Shown here: positions 39,430-54,662 of the stretch, piece after piece
Layout of the letters: the number at the start of each line of letters is the position of its first letter
Position numbering within the stretch: position 1 is the stretch's first letter
Assembly: GCA_050613775.1 (NCBI GenBank)
Contig: JBODTK010000016.1
Coordinates: forward strand, 1,054,001 to 1,118,000
Direction of reading: 5' to 3'
Length of the DNA: 64,000 nt
Source of the DNA: Neocallimastix sp. 'constans'
Taxonomy: Eukaryota
Program-made: the position numbers and the translations under genes
Notes under the pieces: generated by a model
Told to the model about the DNA's origin: nothing
Seen by the model: the letters and a program-made list of their open reading frames with translations, nothing else
The model's database searches: none

Positions 39430-40663
39430 TATGTGTATATATATAAAGATAATAATGGCAACAAAAAAGTTTATTGTTTCAAGTTATTTTCATTTATAAT
39501 AGCAATAAGATATTAATTATTATTATTATTTTTTTAATTGATTTTTGCTTTATATTTTTTCTTTTATTATTTTTTATAATTGTTTATTATATTTATATAA
39601 TTTATTGCTTTTTCATTATCATTAATTCTCATATATTATAAAAAAAAAGATAAAATATAAAAAACTCGCAACAATATATTTATTAATTGTATAAGATATA
39701 TGAAAAATATATGAATATAAATAATTTTTGGTTATTTTTTTTTTTTTAAAAAAATTAATGAAAATAAAAAATATATATATTTTTTTCCTTTAAGCTCTAA
39801 ATTGGTTTTTGATTATAAATATATGTATAATAAATATACAATATTATATATTTTATTTAGCTTAATCTCATTAATTGATATTTATATTTATTTTCATATT
39901 CTTTATCATTATTTTTTTTATTAAATACTGCTGATAATAGATCATTTAGTACTTTTAATTATAAACTTCATTATAAAAAAAGTTTTTTTTTTTTTTTTTT
40001 TTAAATATAAAATTAAATAATTATCTTGATAAAAAAATTAAATTAATTTAAAATAATTAAAATTTACCTAAATTTTTTTTTTTTTTGAATTTATATAATA
40101 TTATATAATAAAATATAAACATTTTTTAATCCGCATAAATTTTTTTTCTACTTTAAATATTGTTCTATATTATAATTCAATTCAGTTTAAGGTTTGATAA
40201 TAATAATTAGTTATAATAATAATAGTTATAATAATTAAAATAATAAGTTATAATAATAAAAGTTATAATAATAAATAATAAAAATAAAATAATAATAATA
40301 AATAAAATAATAATAATAATAAATATAATAATAATAATAATAAGTAATAAAAATAAGTAATAAGTAATAATAATAATTGTAATAATTAAATTTAAAATAT
40401 AAATTAACATTATTTATGTTAATTTATATGAATTATTAAGTAATTATCAATAATAATAATAATTATTAACCATATTTAAAGTGGTGCAAGTTTAAAATAT
40501 GTTTAAAAACAGTACATATAAGTAACTAATACTAATACACGGGATTATATAATCATGTGCTATTAAATTAAGTACTATAATAAAATATAATTGAATGGAG
40601 AAAAGGATTAATACTAAACTTGCTTAACATTGAATCACGTGCACACATAATTGATATGTGGGA

Positions 40664-42870
40664 CGGGAGTATTGCATTTCGACATAATTTATATTTGATC
40701 ATTTATTAATGTATTATAATGTGGCTTGTAAAAATAAATGAATAGGATAGGGTTAAATTTATTTTTTATTTTTTTTTTTATAATTTTTTTTTTTTATCAA
40801 CATTTATAATAAAAAAAAAACAAATAATAAAGTAAAATAATAAATAAAAAAAAAATAAATAATAAAGTAAAATAAAAAATATAAGAAAAGAAAAAAGTAA
40901 AATATAAGATAAAAAAATAGATTAGAACAAAAAAAAATTAAAAAATAAAACTTTTAATTTAAAATATTTATAATAAATGGATGATCAATTAGAAATAAAT
41001 GAAACTAATAAAGAAAAAAACCAAATTATTTTAAACAGAAAATATAAATTTAATTTATAGTATATAACGAATAATACAAAAGTAATCAAATGTACTAAAT
41101 ATAAAACAGTTAAAAAATGTAAATCATACATTATTCTAAATGATAATAAAGTAATAAAATATGAAAACAAACATACTCATCCAGGAAAAGAATATGATGA
41201 ATCTGTATCAATAGTAAGATATAAAATGAAAAATGAAATTAGAAAAATCTCAATTCCATTTGATATAAATCCAAAACATATATATAATAAAATATCTGAA
41301 GAAATTGGATTGATATGCTCTGAATATAGTTTAATTAAATCCTAAATATCAAGATATATAAAAAAACAACTACCTCCTGATATATCTTAATTTAATGACA
41401 TTCTAGATGAATCTGAATATTATATAAACGAAAGAGAAGAAAAATTCATGATATTCAATAATTTTAATATTATAATTTTTCAATCATCATTCCCCATTCC
41501 AAACAGAATTGTTTATTAAATACAACGAAAATATGTTTGCTGATGGTACATTTTATAATGCAACAATATTTGGTTATCAAGTGTTTATCATAAGAGTATA
41601 TGCTCCAGAAAAAAAAAAAAAGTTTATTTCACTATATCACTATTTGTATTAAATAATAAAGAACAAATAACCTATGAATTGTTATTTGAAGAATTAAAAA
41701 AGAGTTCAATTAAATATAATAATAATATTATAGTTACCCCCAAAAATTTTGCATTATGATTTTGAAAAAGGTATATCCAATGCTGCCATTAAAATATTTT
41801 CTAATATTACTATTAAATATTTTATATGGCATTATAAAAGATCGTTAAAAGTTTATAAAATAAATTATGTTATAATGAAGTTGAAAATAATCATAAAATT
41901 TATTTGTTTTATAAAGCTATTACAAATTTTCCTTTTATAAATCCTGAATATATATTTGATATTTATGATTATATTAAAATTATATGTCAAATATATAATT
42001 ATTTCCATTTTTTAATTTTTTTGGAATATTTTAAAAGACATATTTATATAAATATAATATTCAATATTGGAATTATTATAACGATATAAACCAAATAACA
42101 AATAATGCTTCAGAATCATTTAATAATTACTTAAAAAAATTGTTTTACAAAAAACCTTCTTTCTATGAATTGATTTATCATTTAAAAAGAGAAGAATCTT
42201 TATCTTACAATAATTACAAAAGGAAAATTGAAGGAGTTTGGAAAAAAAAAAAAAGAAGAATATTAACAAAAACTGATGAAATCAATTAAAAAATACTAAA
42301 AAAAGGAATCCGAATTAATTGATAAAAAATGTGATAAAAATGATATCATTGATTTATGGTATAAATGTTTATTAGAATTAAACAAGCACTAAATTTATAA
42401 ATAATAATATATTGATATTGATATTAATATAATTTAAATTAATATCAATATCAATATATTTTATTAATATCAATATCATTATATTTTATTAATATCAATA
42501 TCAATATTAAAAGTTTATAAATAATAAATATTTAATATTATTATAAATTTTACTTTATTATTTAATTTAATAATAAAATATAAAATTTTATTTATTTTAT
42601 TTAAATAAAATAAAATGGAAAGGTTTTATTATTAAATATTTAATAATAAAATATAATAATAAAATGAAAATTAAATAATTGAAAATAAATAAAAATAAAA
42701 TAAAATTCTTAAAAGAAAAGTTTCGATGCCACAACAAAAATAAATTTTATACCATCAATATTAAGAGTGGATGAATAAGTAAGAATAGAGTCTATGACAC
42801 GCTTTTGTTTAAAGCCACTCACAACAAAACGATTTTAAAACGAATGATGTTGCCAATGTTATCTCATTTG
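40664..42870 (+). mobile_element. Decayed Mutator/MULE DNA transposon (transposase pseudogene ~40977-42392)
   Basis: Stop- and frameshift-broken ORF: KCTKYK..KKCKS...HTH (FLYWCH-like Zn finger), FADGTF, HYDFEKGISNA, IWHYKRSL, TNNASESFNNYLK. Terminal motif GGGAGTATTGCATTTCGAC at ~40665. The right boundary is uncertain. Confidence 0.85.
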
Positions 42871-42879
42871 ATTGTGCGG

Positions 42880-43920
42880 CTTTTTTATTATATAAATAAC
42901 TTGAGTATACTATGATATAATCCCAAAGTTCTCTTATAAATTTACTAGTATAGAAGAGTTTTGGTGTAAGAAATTAACGTTTGATTAAATCTTTCAGATA
43001 TGCCGTTATTTTCAGGATAATAAGAAGGAAAAAAACAATTTTTGAATACCATTTCTCTCACAATTCGCATTATTCAATAATCCTATTATTTTTATATTTT
43101 TATATTCCTTTTGCATTATTGTATTTAAATATTTTGACATTTTTATCATTAAATAAATTATTGTCATATGTTAAAAATTTTATAATAATATTGTTTATTT
43201 CCTTTTTATTCATAAAAAATATTCAATTTTATGTCTTTTTTTTTTTTTTTAATTTTTTTTTTCATCAAAAAAGGTGATAAAAAGCTTCATATCCTTGACA
43301 GATTCATTGATAGATCCAATGTCCAATGATATTGGCATGAGTGACTTCTTAAATATCATATGCTTTAGGCGGTTGTTTATTATATGGAATATGTTTCATT
43401 TTTGATACTCTACAATGAGTACAGAAAATATTTTTACTATTATATAAATTTAAAAATTGATCTATATTTTCAATGTAATAATGGTTTAATCTTCTATGCC
43501 ATATTAACTTATATTTTCAATAAAAACAAACTAAGAAAAAAGTAAGTTAATATGATTTTTTTTTCTTCTTTTAGATTGCTTATATTGAAAATTCATTTTT
43601 TACTATTATTTCTAATTTTATTAACAGTGCTTTGCTGTTATAAGAATTTCATTTCTTTTATTTTCATATATGGTAGTAATTCTTTTATAGTTTTTATATA
43701 AAATTGCTAAAGTAGAAATATTTTTTTTTGATATGCTCGATAAAGTTGTGATTCCTGTTTAAGATAATTTTAGACCACTTATTATATTTCTAGTCATATT
43801 TAGAGTGCAAAACTATTTTTAATATAATTTTATGAATATTTATACAAAAATGAAATTCATCATGGTCTTCAAAAACTAATGAAGATCTATCATAATATTT
43901 ATTTAGCAACAAATCATTTT
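42880..43920 (-). mobile_element. Ty1/copia retrotransposon pol relic (protease-region, GAG-pre-integrase and integrase fragments)
   Basis: Minus-strand fragments: IWHRRLNH...CTHCRVSKM (pre-integrase HHCC), YYPENNGISERFNQTL (integrase core) and RNIISG (protease region), with stops and frameshifts. No LTRs recognised. Confidence 0.8.
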
Positions 43921-44116
43921 TGTTAATTAAATTAACGAAATGCATACTTTTATAATACTTTTCAATATTAAGGATTTTATTTTAAATTTATTTACATATT
44001 TATTTTCACAATTTTTATATATGTCATTATTATTACTAGAATTTTTTTTTTTTCATTATTCTCAAGAAACATTGATTATATATTAGTCATTTAAAATCTT
44101 TATTAAATATTTTATT

Positions 44117-44235
<119 letters not shown>

Positions 44236-44373
44236 TTTTTTTTTTTTTATTTTATTGTTGTTAATATTATTGTATTATTATTTATTGTTTATATTTCCCT
44301 TTTATATTTTTTATTTTTTATAACATTTAGTAATTATATACCTATTATATTGGTTAGTAATTACGTATAAATC

Positions 44374-44404
<31 letters not shown>

Positions 44405-45513
44405 TAAATATAATTCAAACATGCTTTAAAAAAATGTTTTTATACTTTTAATAATCATATAATTTAGATATTTTGAGTTATCGATATGTATTATATAATA
44501 TATATTTTAATAGTATATATCTTTGAACAAATTCAAATAAAAATATATATATATATATATATAAAATATTAATAATTAAAAAATTTATTTATAATAATAA
44601 AATAAAATTAAATCGAATAAAATATATATTTCAACACAATAAATATAGGTATTATTAATGAGAGTAATAAAAACATTATTAAATAGTTAATATAGTTTAT
44701 ATTAACATTTTTATTTTTTTTTAAAATAATACAAAATATTTTATATTAAAATATAATATATTACAACTTTCATTATAACTATTATTATTATTATTACTAT
44801 TATTATTACCACTACTATTATTATTGCTATTATTAAATAAGTTATAATGGAAAGTTAATCATTTAATAGATAAACAATTACATTATATCGTATTATATTA
44901 AATATTAATGCATAAATATATAAATTAAGTAATAAAAATTTAAAAATTCAATGATAAATGATAAATCTAATTTAATGGAAAAAAAATATATCAAAAAACT
45001 ATTTATAAAAATTGAGATAAATAAAAAAAAAAGTTTGTTTCTTTTTCTTCCTCAAATTATTAAATTATTTTTAACTTATTAAATGGAAATTGAATTTTCA
45101 AAATTTATTATTATTATTATTACTAATTTATTATTTATTTATTCATATATTTATTTAAATTTTTATCTATAACTTATTAAATGGAAATTGAATATCCAAA
45201 ATTATAATTTTTATTATTATTAGTAATTTATCATTTATTTATTTAAATTATTTATTTAATTTTTATTTTATTTTATTTCCATTTTTTTTTTTTTAAAACA
45301 TACAATTTTTGAAAAACATTAGTAAATATTGATTATTATACAATATAATATTTTAAATAAAAAGATTAATATTGGTATAAATATAATAATTGTCTATTGA
45401 AATACAATAATGTTTATATATATTATATTTAATAAATTTATAATTATTATTATGAATATATATATAAAAGTAATATTAATATAAGTTATAATAATGACAA
45501 TTAATATTAATAG

Positions 45514-47168
45514 TTACCGATCCCTGTCTCTACGAGGACTTCTGCTTCTTCTGTAATCTCTGTCTTTGTACCTGTCACGATCACGATCATGGCGATCACG
45601 ATCTCTATCACGTCTTGATTCTCTATCTCTGTCTCTATCTCTGTCTCTATCTCTATCTCTGTCTCTGTCTCTGTCTCTGTCTCTGTCTCTATCTCTATCC
45701 CTATCCCTGTCTCTATCTCTGTCTCTGTCTCTGTCTCTGTCTCTATCTCTATCTCTGTCTCTGCTGCTTCTTCTATACCTATCCCTGTCTCTATCCCTAT
45801 CTCTATCCCTATCTCTATCTCTTCTGTCTCTATCATGATGACTATCATGGTGACTGTCATGATCTGAACTTGAGACTCTTCCACTATACTTTTGATTAAC
45901 TTCTGGTCCACCTAGTCTAGTATTGCCAAGACCTCCACCAAGTCTACGAGGCTTCCATCCTTTAACCGTTCTACCTCTTTCCACATCAACTAATACACGT
46001 CTTAAATCAATTTTCATACCATCAGCATCTTTATAAGCTGCTTTTAAATCTTTTTCTCTTTCATATTCAATAAAAGCATAACCCCTTGGTTTTCCGTTTA
46101 AATCATATACCATATTTATCTAATATATATATAAGAAGAATTTTTTTTTTTTTTAAAAAAAAAAAGATAAAAAATATTGTAATTATAATGTTAAAATAAA
46201 TATTTAATCAAGTAAAGTTAATATATTTCATATTGATTATAAAATTTATTATTTATTTTATTAATAAATTGATTATACAGATTTAATCTGGCCATAAATT
46301 TCAAAATGTCTTTTTAATTGCTTTTCAGAAGTTTCATAATTCTATCATATATACATTTATGTAAAATATATTATAAAATAAGAGGAATTTAGATAATAAC
46401 ATTCAATTTTGAATATTTTTGATATATATATATATATATATTTTTTTTTTAAATAAAACATAATAACATATAGATGATATCTTACGATTCTAGCAACAAA
46501 TAAAGTTTTGTATGGATCAGATTTTATCTTTTCATTTGTAGATGGCGACCATTTTTCTAATTCTTTAGCTAAATGTTCTTCAACTTTTGCTCTTTTTTCA
46601 GCTAACTATATTTTTAATTATATATATATATTTTTTTTAAAAAAAAAAAAAAACGTATATATAAATATAACAATATATTTTTTATCAATAGATTGAAAGG
46701 CAATAATATTTAATTTTAATTATATATAGTATATATTGAAAATATATCATACATTTAAATATATAGTTAAAATAGTTTATATATAAATATTAAAAATATT
46801 GAAATTTTTAACTTTATTCTAAATAACTATTTTTTTTTTTTTTTTTTTTTTTTGTTTTTTTATAATATTTAATATGTATATTATGATAATTTTTCAAAGT
46901 TATAGATATATATTAATTAAAAATATTTCAATTTTATTTTTATTATTATTTTTTTTTTTTTTTTTACCTTTTTTTGTTTCAATTCTTCAATGGAGATAGA
47001 AGGTTTATAGTTTACATCATGATTTTTACATCTGTCTAAAAATTGAGCAACTCCTGAAATAACTGGTCCAGTTCTTCTTGAAAAATCACGATCAACTGGT
47101 GGTAAAAAATTTAAAGGAGGGCGAGCTGCAAATAATGATAATAAATTTGGAGGTAATGAAGCTTTCAT
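45514..47168 (-). CDS. SNRNP70: U1 snRNP 70 kDa protein, 4 exons, RD/RS-rich tail
   Basis: [41 protein letters not shown] (RNP1); [26 protein letters not shown]; (RD)n tail ending [11 protein letters not shown]. Confidence 0.96.
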
Positions 47169-47219
47169 CTTCTAGTATTATCATTGGTGTCATTATGTTT
47201 TTATTATTGAATTTATTAG

Positions 47220-47259
<40 letters not shown>

Positions 47260-48875
47260 ATTAATATTATATGTAATTATAAATTGATTTTATTTATTAT
47301 AAAATTAAAGTGAATATTTAAATATAAATAGATGTAAAAGATTTAAGTAATCTAACTTTTTTGAACAAAATTATATTTTAACTTTATTTATTTATTATTA
47401 TCATTCTCTAATTTAAAAATAAACTTATACTCAAATAATATTCTTTGATATAAAAATAATTAAAATTTAATTTTCTTTTTATTTCATTTTATTTTTAATA
47501 TATCTATTATTAAATTAAACTTTTGATGAATGATAAATAAGTATTTTTTTCTGAAAATTTAAAATTTTGTACTTTTATTAATATAATCAATAAATCATTT
47601 ATTTCTAATTTTACTATATAATTACTATTTGCTATTTAATTCAATTATATTCCAATTTATAAAGAAGATGTGAATTAATTATTTTGATTTTAACAGGATA
47701 ATAATAAATTAATTTCTAAAGTTGTTTAATAATATGATAATTGTAGAATACATAAAACAATATATATATATTAATAAATATCATTTTACTAAAATATTTC
47801 AGAAATTCACCTTTTCACTAAATTAAATGTTGTAATGAAATTTTTATTTGTAAATTTCACCAACAATTTCTGAAAAATTGTTTTTTATAATATTTTTAAA
47901 TATTAATTGTCTGAAAAATAAAAAAAAAAAAAAAAAAAAAAAGAAATTAAAAAATTTTAAATGCATATAAAGGATTGAAAGAATAAAGTTTATAATAAAA
48001 TTAAATTATTAAATAAAATTATTAACAAAACTATTATATAAAATTAATGTAATAAAACTTTGAATAATCCATATAAAAGACATTATATTTTGATTAAGCC
48101 ATAAATTATAAAAGAATTTGAAAAATATCTTAATCATTGTAATTACCTTTTATTAATTTAATTAATAATATTTAATTAATAAAAATTTTTATTAAAAATC
48201 AGTTACTTTTTAAATATAAATAAATTATTAATAATAGTAGAATATGTGAAATATATGAAAGTTTAAATATATTGAAACATATTGTAATTAATATAATATA
48301 TAAGCCACAATATAATATTAAAAATCCATTTAAATCAAAATAATAATTACTAGCTATCTCTTATTCATAAATATATATATATATGAAGTTGACATAATTA
48401 TAATAAACCATTAATTCAAGGCTCTTAATTATAAAATTATAGTTAAATAATTTATTAATAATCAAATTTAATATATAAAGATCATTAAAAATAAATAAGT
48501 CATAGTAAAAGTAACTGACAATCCTTTAAAGAATAATAATAATAAAAAAATTTTTATATAATTTTGAATGGTTTTAATTATTATATTATTATTAGATTAA
48601 GTTAAAACCATTAAAATAAATAGAATATTTTAATAAACAATATGATTTATCATATTAATCAGAGTTAACAATATTGAAAATATTATGTATAAAAAATAAT
48701 TAACCATATCCTAAAAAATAATTTAAATACAAATATTAATTATCTATAATAGATACTAATTAAAATTCAACAATATTCAAAAATAATACTTTTATTATAA
48801 ATATTATAAATAAACTATTATGATATAAAAATTAAGTAATATATAAAATTGGTTTAATATTGAATAAAATGTGAC

Positions 48876-49010
<135 letters not shown>

Positions 49011-49440
49011 TATATGTAAATAAATAAAAATGAAAATACATAATATATTTAATTAGATCAAAAGAATAATATAGAACAATATAATAAAAAATATATTGGT
49101 ATTATAATACAAATAATATTTAATCATATAAAATTTATTAATTTCATTTTGATTAATGTTTTAAAATCACCAGCAAAAATAAAATAAAATTTTTTTAAAA
49201 TATTAAAAAAATAAAAAAAAAAAAAAAAATTAGAAATAAATAATAATAGTTAATCGAAAATAATATAATAGAATCTTTTTTAAAATAAATAGTAGAAAAC
49301 AATATTTTATGTATTTAAATATAAAAAGTATTGTATAATAACAATTAGAAAAAAAAAAAAAAAAAAAAAACCCTAGAAATTATAGATAATAATAATAATA
49401 ATAAAAAAATAATAATAAAAAAAAAAAAAAAAAAAGCAAA

Positions 49441-51169
49441 ATGAAATTAAATTTATTATACATTTTGGAAGTATTATTGTTGGCAACCATTGCTCTTTGC
49501 CAGGATGATGTAATTGAACACTAATGAATTATTTTATTTATGTATAAATTAATAATCTTAAGGAAAAAAGAAAAGTATTTTGAATAATAGAGAATATCAA
49601 ATTAGGATTGTTGACTTTAATATCTAAAAATAAAACAATAATTAAATAATAATAAAGAAATCAAATTCGTGATAAAAATTCATTGAAATATATTATATAA
49701 AAAATATTTAATTAGTAATTATTATTTTATTAAATCAATTTAATTTAAAATAAATATTTAAATCAATTTAATTTAAAATAAATATTTAAATCAATTTAAT
49801 TTAAAATAAATGTTAGTGAATGTTTTAAAAGAGAAAAAAAAGAATGTTTATTTGTATAAAAATCATAGAAATTTTATGAAAACTTTAGAAGTCATAAACA
49901 AAACTTTTTTTATATAATATTTTAATCTGATACAATATTATTACTAATAATTATAAAACAAATCAAATATAATATCATTAATAATATTTAATAATATATT
50001 AAATAATAAATTTTAATATATTAATTATATTTATTAGGATGAGCTTAATTATCAAGTTATGCATAAATTAAATTCTCAAAAGGAATTTATAAAGCGTGGT
50101 GATATAAAATTAAAAAATAGTAAATCACAAACAGGAAAATATACTGGTCTTGAATCAAATGATTCAGCAATTAATGCAAAAATTAATAAAAATGATTTAT
50201 ATTTAGTTGAAGTTCGTGATACTAATGGAAATGTATTATCCTCATCATATACTAAGGCTGTATGATTATCTTTTAATTTTTTTTATATATATTATTTATA
50301 AGAAGCACATTTATATTACAATATATGATTATATAAATATGCTTTTTTTTTTTTTAATACTAATTATATTAATTCTTTCATGATATTATTATAATTATTT
50401 ATATAGTGCTTCTTATTTGATTCTAAATTTAAGGATGAAATAATATTACATGTTGACTCTGAAGGTACATTTTTACATTTAATATTATTTATTTATATAA
50501 ATAAATTGAAAACAAACAAACAAACATGTATAAATAAATAAAACAAAAATATCAAATAGGAATAAAAATAACAATTATTATTGCAATAATAATATTAATA
50601 AAAATAATATATATGTATTTATCTATTTTATTTGTAAATTTTCGAACATAGGTAAAATTTTATTTGCTGATTATTTCACAGAAAAGAGTACTTGTCCGGA
50701 AGAGTTAAAAGTAAATGCTATTTTAATAATAACATTTAATATATATATATTATTTTTAATATTTTGTTTTAAAAAAATACAATAATCAAATTTAATATAC
50801 AATAATTAAGGAACAAGAAATAATTTATTAATAAAAATTATATATATATATATTTTTTTTATTATTATTATTTTGAATAGGATACTATACCTGTTGGTAG
50901 TGATTTTAAAACTTCTGTTAGAGTTTTAAAATCTGAACAAGGTCAAAGGTAAATTCAAATCATAGAAAATAGCAATAATAATAAAAGTGAAAATAAACAT
51001 AAATAAATAAATAAATAAATAAATATATATATATATATATATAAAAAAAAAAAAAAAAAAAAACTAATAATATTAGTATTATTTAATTTAATGAAATTAT
51101 ATTATTAATTATTAATTGTAATTATATTTATTTTATTTTATTTTATTTTTTATTATTTTTATTATTATA

Positions 51170-51205
<36 letters not shown>

Positions 51206-51355
51206 TTTATTTTTTTTTTTAGACCACATCTTGCTTCATTAGTTTTTTATAAGAGAGAACAGGCAAAAAAACAAATGAATGATAAGGGATTCTTTGCAAA
51301 ATATTGGATGTACATCTTACCAGTTGTTCTTATCTTTTTATTCTCTGGTGCTTAA
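49441..51355 (+). CDS. EMC10: ER membrane protein complex subunit 10, 6 exons
   Basis: Signal peptide MKLNLLYILEVLLLATIALC; F.KRG motif; SSSYTKACFLFDSKFKDEIILHVD; C-terminal GFFAKYWMYILPVVLIFLFSGA*, the characteristic EMC10 TM segment. Confidence 0.88.
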
Positions 51356-51374
51356 GATGTTTTAGATTAAAAAA

Positions 51375-51421
<47 letters not shown>

Positions 51422-51925
51422 ATCATTAAATCAATATTATTTATATAAATATAATTTTTAATTTTTAAAATCATTAAAAATCATAATAAATCATAAAAAG
51501 AAATATGAACTAACTAAATATATAAATAAATAAATAACTAAACAATTAAATAATAAAAAAGAAAAATTAAAATAAATAAAAAATAAATAAATAAAAATAA
51601 AATATTAATAAATACATTTATGTTATTTAATTGTTAATATTGTTTATCTTTTTCATATAAATTCGGTATAAATAAATAAATAAATTAGTTTCTAAAAGAA
51701 TAAATAAATGAATCATTAATATTTAAGTAGATAATAACATTGAATTAATAATAATAAATAATAAATAATAAATAATAATAATAATAAAACCTTTATTTTT
51801 TTTTTTTTTTTTTTTTTTATTTTATTATTATTATTATTATTACTTATTATTATTATAATCTATTCTTTTAAAATGAATTTTTATCTCTTCCTATTTCATA
51901 TATAATTATATAAAAATTACAATTT

Positions 51926-51963
<38 letters not shown>

Positions 51964-52053
51964 GATAATAAATAATAATATATATATATAATTTTTTATA
52001 ATTTATAATTTATATTATTGTAGAATTAAGAAATTTTGAATTTTTTTAAAACG

Positions 52054-52093
<40 letters not shown>

Positions 52094-52201
52094 TATATAT
52101 ATATAGATTTTATTAAATTTTTAAATATAATATTTAATGAATATTAATTGTTAATAACTAATTATTACAATATATTTTTATAAATATTAATATTTTTATC
52201 A

Positions 52202-52232
<31 letters not shown>

Positions 52233-52262
52233 ATTGTTATAGATTATATAATTTTTCATAAT

Positions 52263-52321
<59 letters not shown>

Positions 52322-52558
52322 TATTTATGATTTTAATTATTATGTTTTATTTTATTTTTATTTTTTAATTTTTATTTTTATTTTTTATTATATATATAAA
52401 TTAATTATGTTTACTTAATATTTATAATAAAAAGAATTTCTATCTCTTTATTTTTATTATTTTTATTATTTATATTATTTATTTATTTATTTAAAAATAT
52501 CTGATATATATAAATTGAAAATTAATATAGTTTAATGATTTTCTATGAAAATATACGT

Positions 52559-52594
<36 letters not shown>

Positions 52595-52757
52595 AATATA
52601 TTTTATGTTTCAGGTATTATTGTAAATATCATTTTTATCTATTTTATGTTATTGTACTACTTTATTTTATTTTATTATTTTTATATTATATTTATTAATA
52701 TATGTTTCTATTTTAATTCATTGAAATAAATGGAGTTTCAATGGATTGGGTATTAAC

Positions 52758-54025
52758 TTATTTAGGAATTTCAATTGATATTGAATCTTTATCTAATGCT
52801 TTTTCAGGAGTTTCTAATTTTATTTGATTATCCGTTGAAGGAGTTGATGTAACATTAATTGGATTACATTCCATTGAAATAGATAGATTTGAATTAGTTG
52901 GAACATTGGAATACCTTGAATTTAATGACTGTATGGATGAACGTACTATAATAATTATATATTAAGGATAATAAATAATAGTAAAAAAAATAAATAAATA
53001 AAAAAAAAAAAAAAAAAAAATAAATTATATTAATAATAATATTAAATACTTTTATTACTATTGTTATTATTATCTTTATAATATATATGATTAATAATAA
53101 TATTTATTATCATATGATTACCATTCAATGTACTATTATTAGGATTTAGGTTGACTTGACTCATTGGATTCGTTATAACAGAATTAGTACCACTAGATGA
53201 AAATGCTGATGCTATATGACTATTATTATCATTATTTTTATTTTTTAATGATTTAGACATCATTACTGAACCATCATCAAAAACGTACAAATATCTTTTA
53301 TGCTTCATAATATTACTATAAGATGTTTGACTAGATATAGTACCATTTAAAGATGCTGTATCGGTATATGAGGATGAAGATGATTTAGAATTTTTCACTA
53401 AAGGTTTATTTTCATAATAATCAGATAATTTATTGAAGTTTACTATATTTTTTTTTGAATACTTTTGCGCAATATATAATATAGTTAATAGCACTATTAA
53501 AATTCCTACTGATGTACATAAACCAAATAAAAATGTTTTTATCAAAGATTTTGAATTACTTGGTCCTTCATTTTCAGTATTAACTACTTGAATATTACTT
53601 GACCCTAAGCTATTATTGTTATCATTATTGTTATTATTATTATTATTATTATTACTATTATTATTATTATTTCCTTGACTATTATTTTTATTTTTTGGAT
53701 TTGTATTATTGGAAAAATTATTTGAAGTACCAGTATTCATACTAGTATTATCATTAGTATTAGTAATTGTATTATCACCACTATTTACATTTATATTATT
53801 ATTACTTTTAATATTTGAATTGCCATTTGTATTAGTATTCGTATTTCCATTAGAATTTATATTTGAATTCTTGTTACTTTCATCTTTAAAAAATAACATT
53901 TCCCATAATTAAAACATGATATTAATAATAAATTTTAGAATTAATATATAAAATTAATTATTAAGAATATAAATATAAATTAAAAGATATTAGTATAATT
54001 AAATTTTATATCAATTTAATCATAT

Positions 54026-54075
<50 letters not shown>

Positions 54076-54621
54076 TATTATTATTATTATTATTTATTAT
54101 AATTTAATAAATATTACTTGAAACACAAGATACTTTTGATGAACACAAATTATTCATTCTTGACGAACAATTAACAACTTTTATATTATCATTACTTTCG
54201 AATGGACATGAATTTAAATTTTGAATAAATCTATCTGGTATATTATTTGGAGCTTTTTTCAATGGCATAATATTTGATAAAATACTTTTATATATAATTT
54301 TTATAGTTAGTATTTCGTATATATATATGCTTTATTATTATTATTATTATTAAATATTTATTATTATTTTAAATAAACATATAAATAATTATATTAAATT
54401 TTCAGCTAACATTTTTTTGACTTGAGTTGGGAGTTCAACATTGAATATATCGTTATTTATTTCTCCTTCTCGAAAATCTCTATAATATTATTATAATAAT
54501 TTTATCGTAATAATATGAATTAAAAATTAAAATATAATAAAATTAAATAATTTGGTTATAAGGTTAAAATATTAAAAATTAAATAATTATTAATAAATTT
54601 AATTTTCAATAATAAAGATAA

Positions 54622-54662
<41 letters not shown>

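Noticed and set aside
45507..45911. Alternative-frame and antisense ORFs (ET/IE, SL, LC repeats)
   Set aside because: Shadows of the U1-70K RD hexamer repeat.
49722..49810. Short direct repeats (also 19330-19490, 30580-30680, 45070-45260, 58606-58700) as CRISPR-like arrays
   Set aside because: Head-to-tail duplications without unique spacers, in a eukaryotic context with no cas genes.
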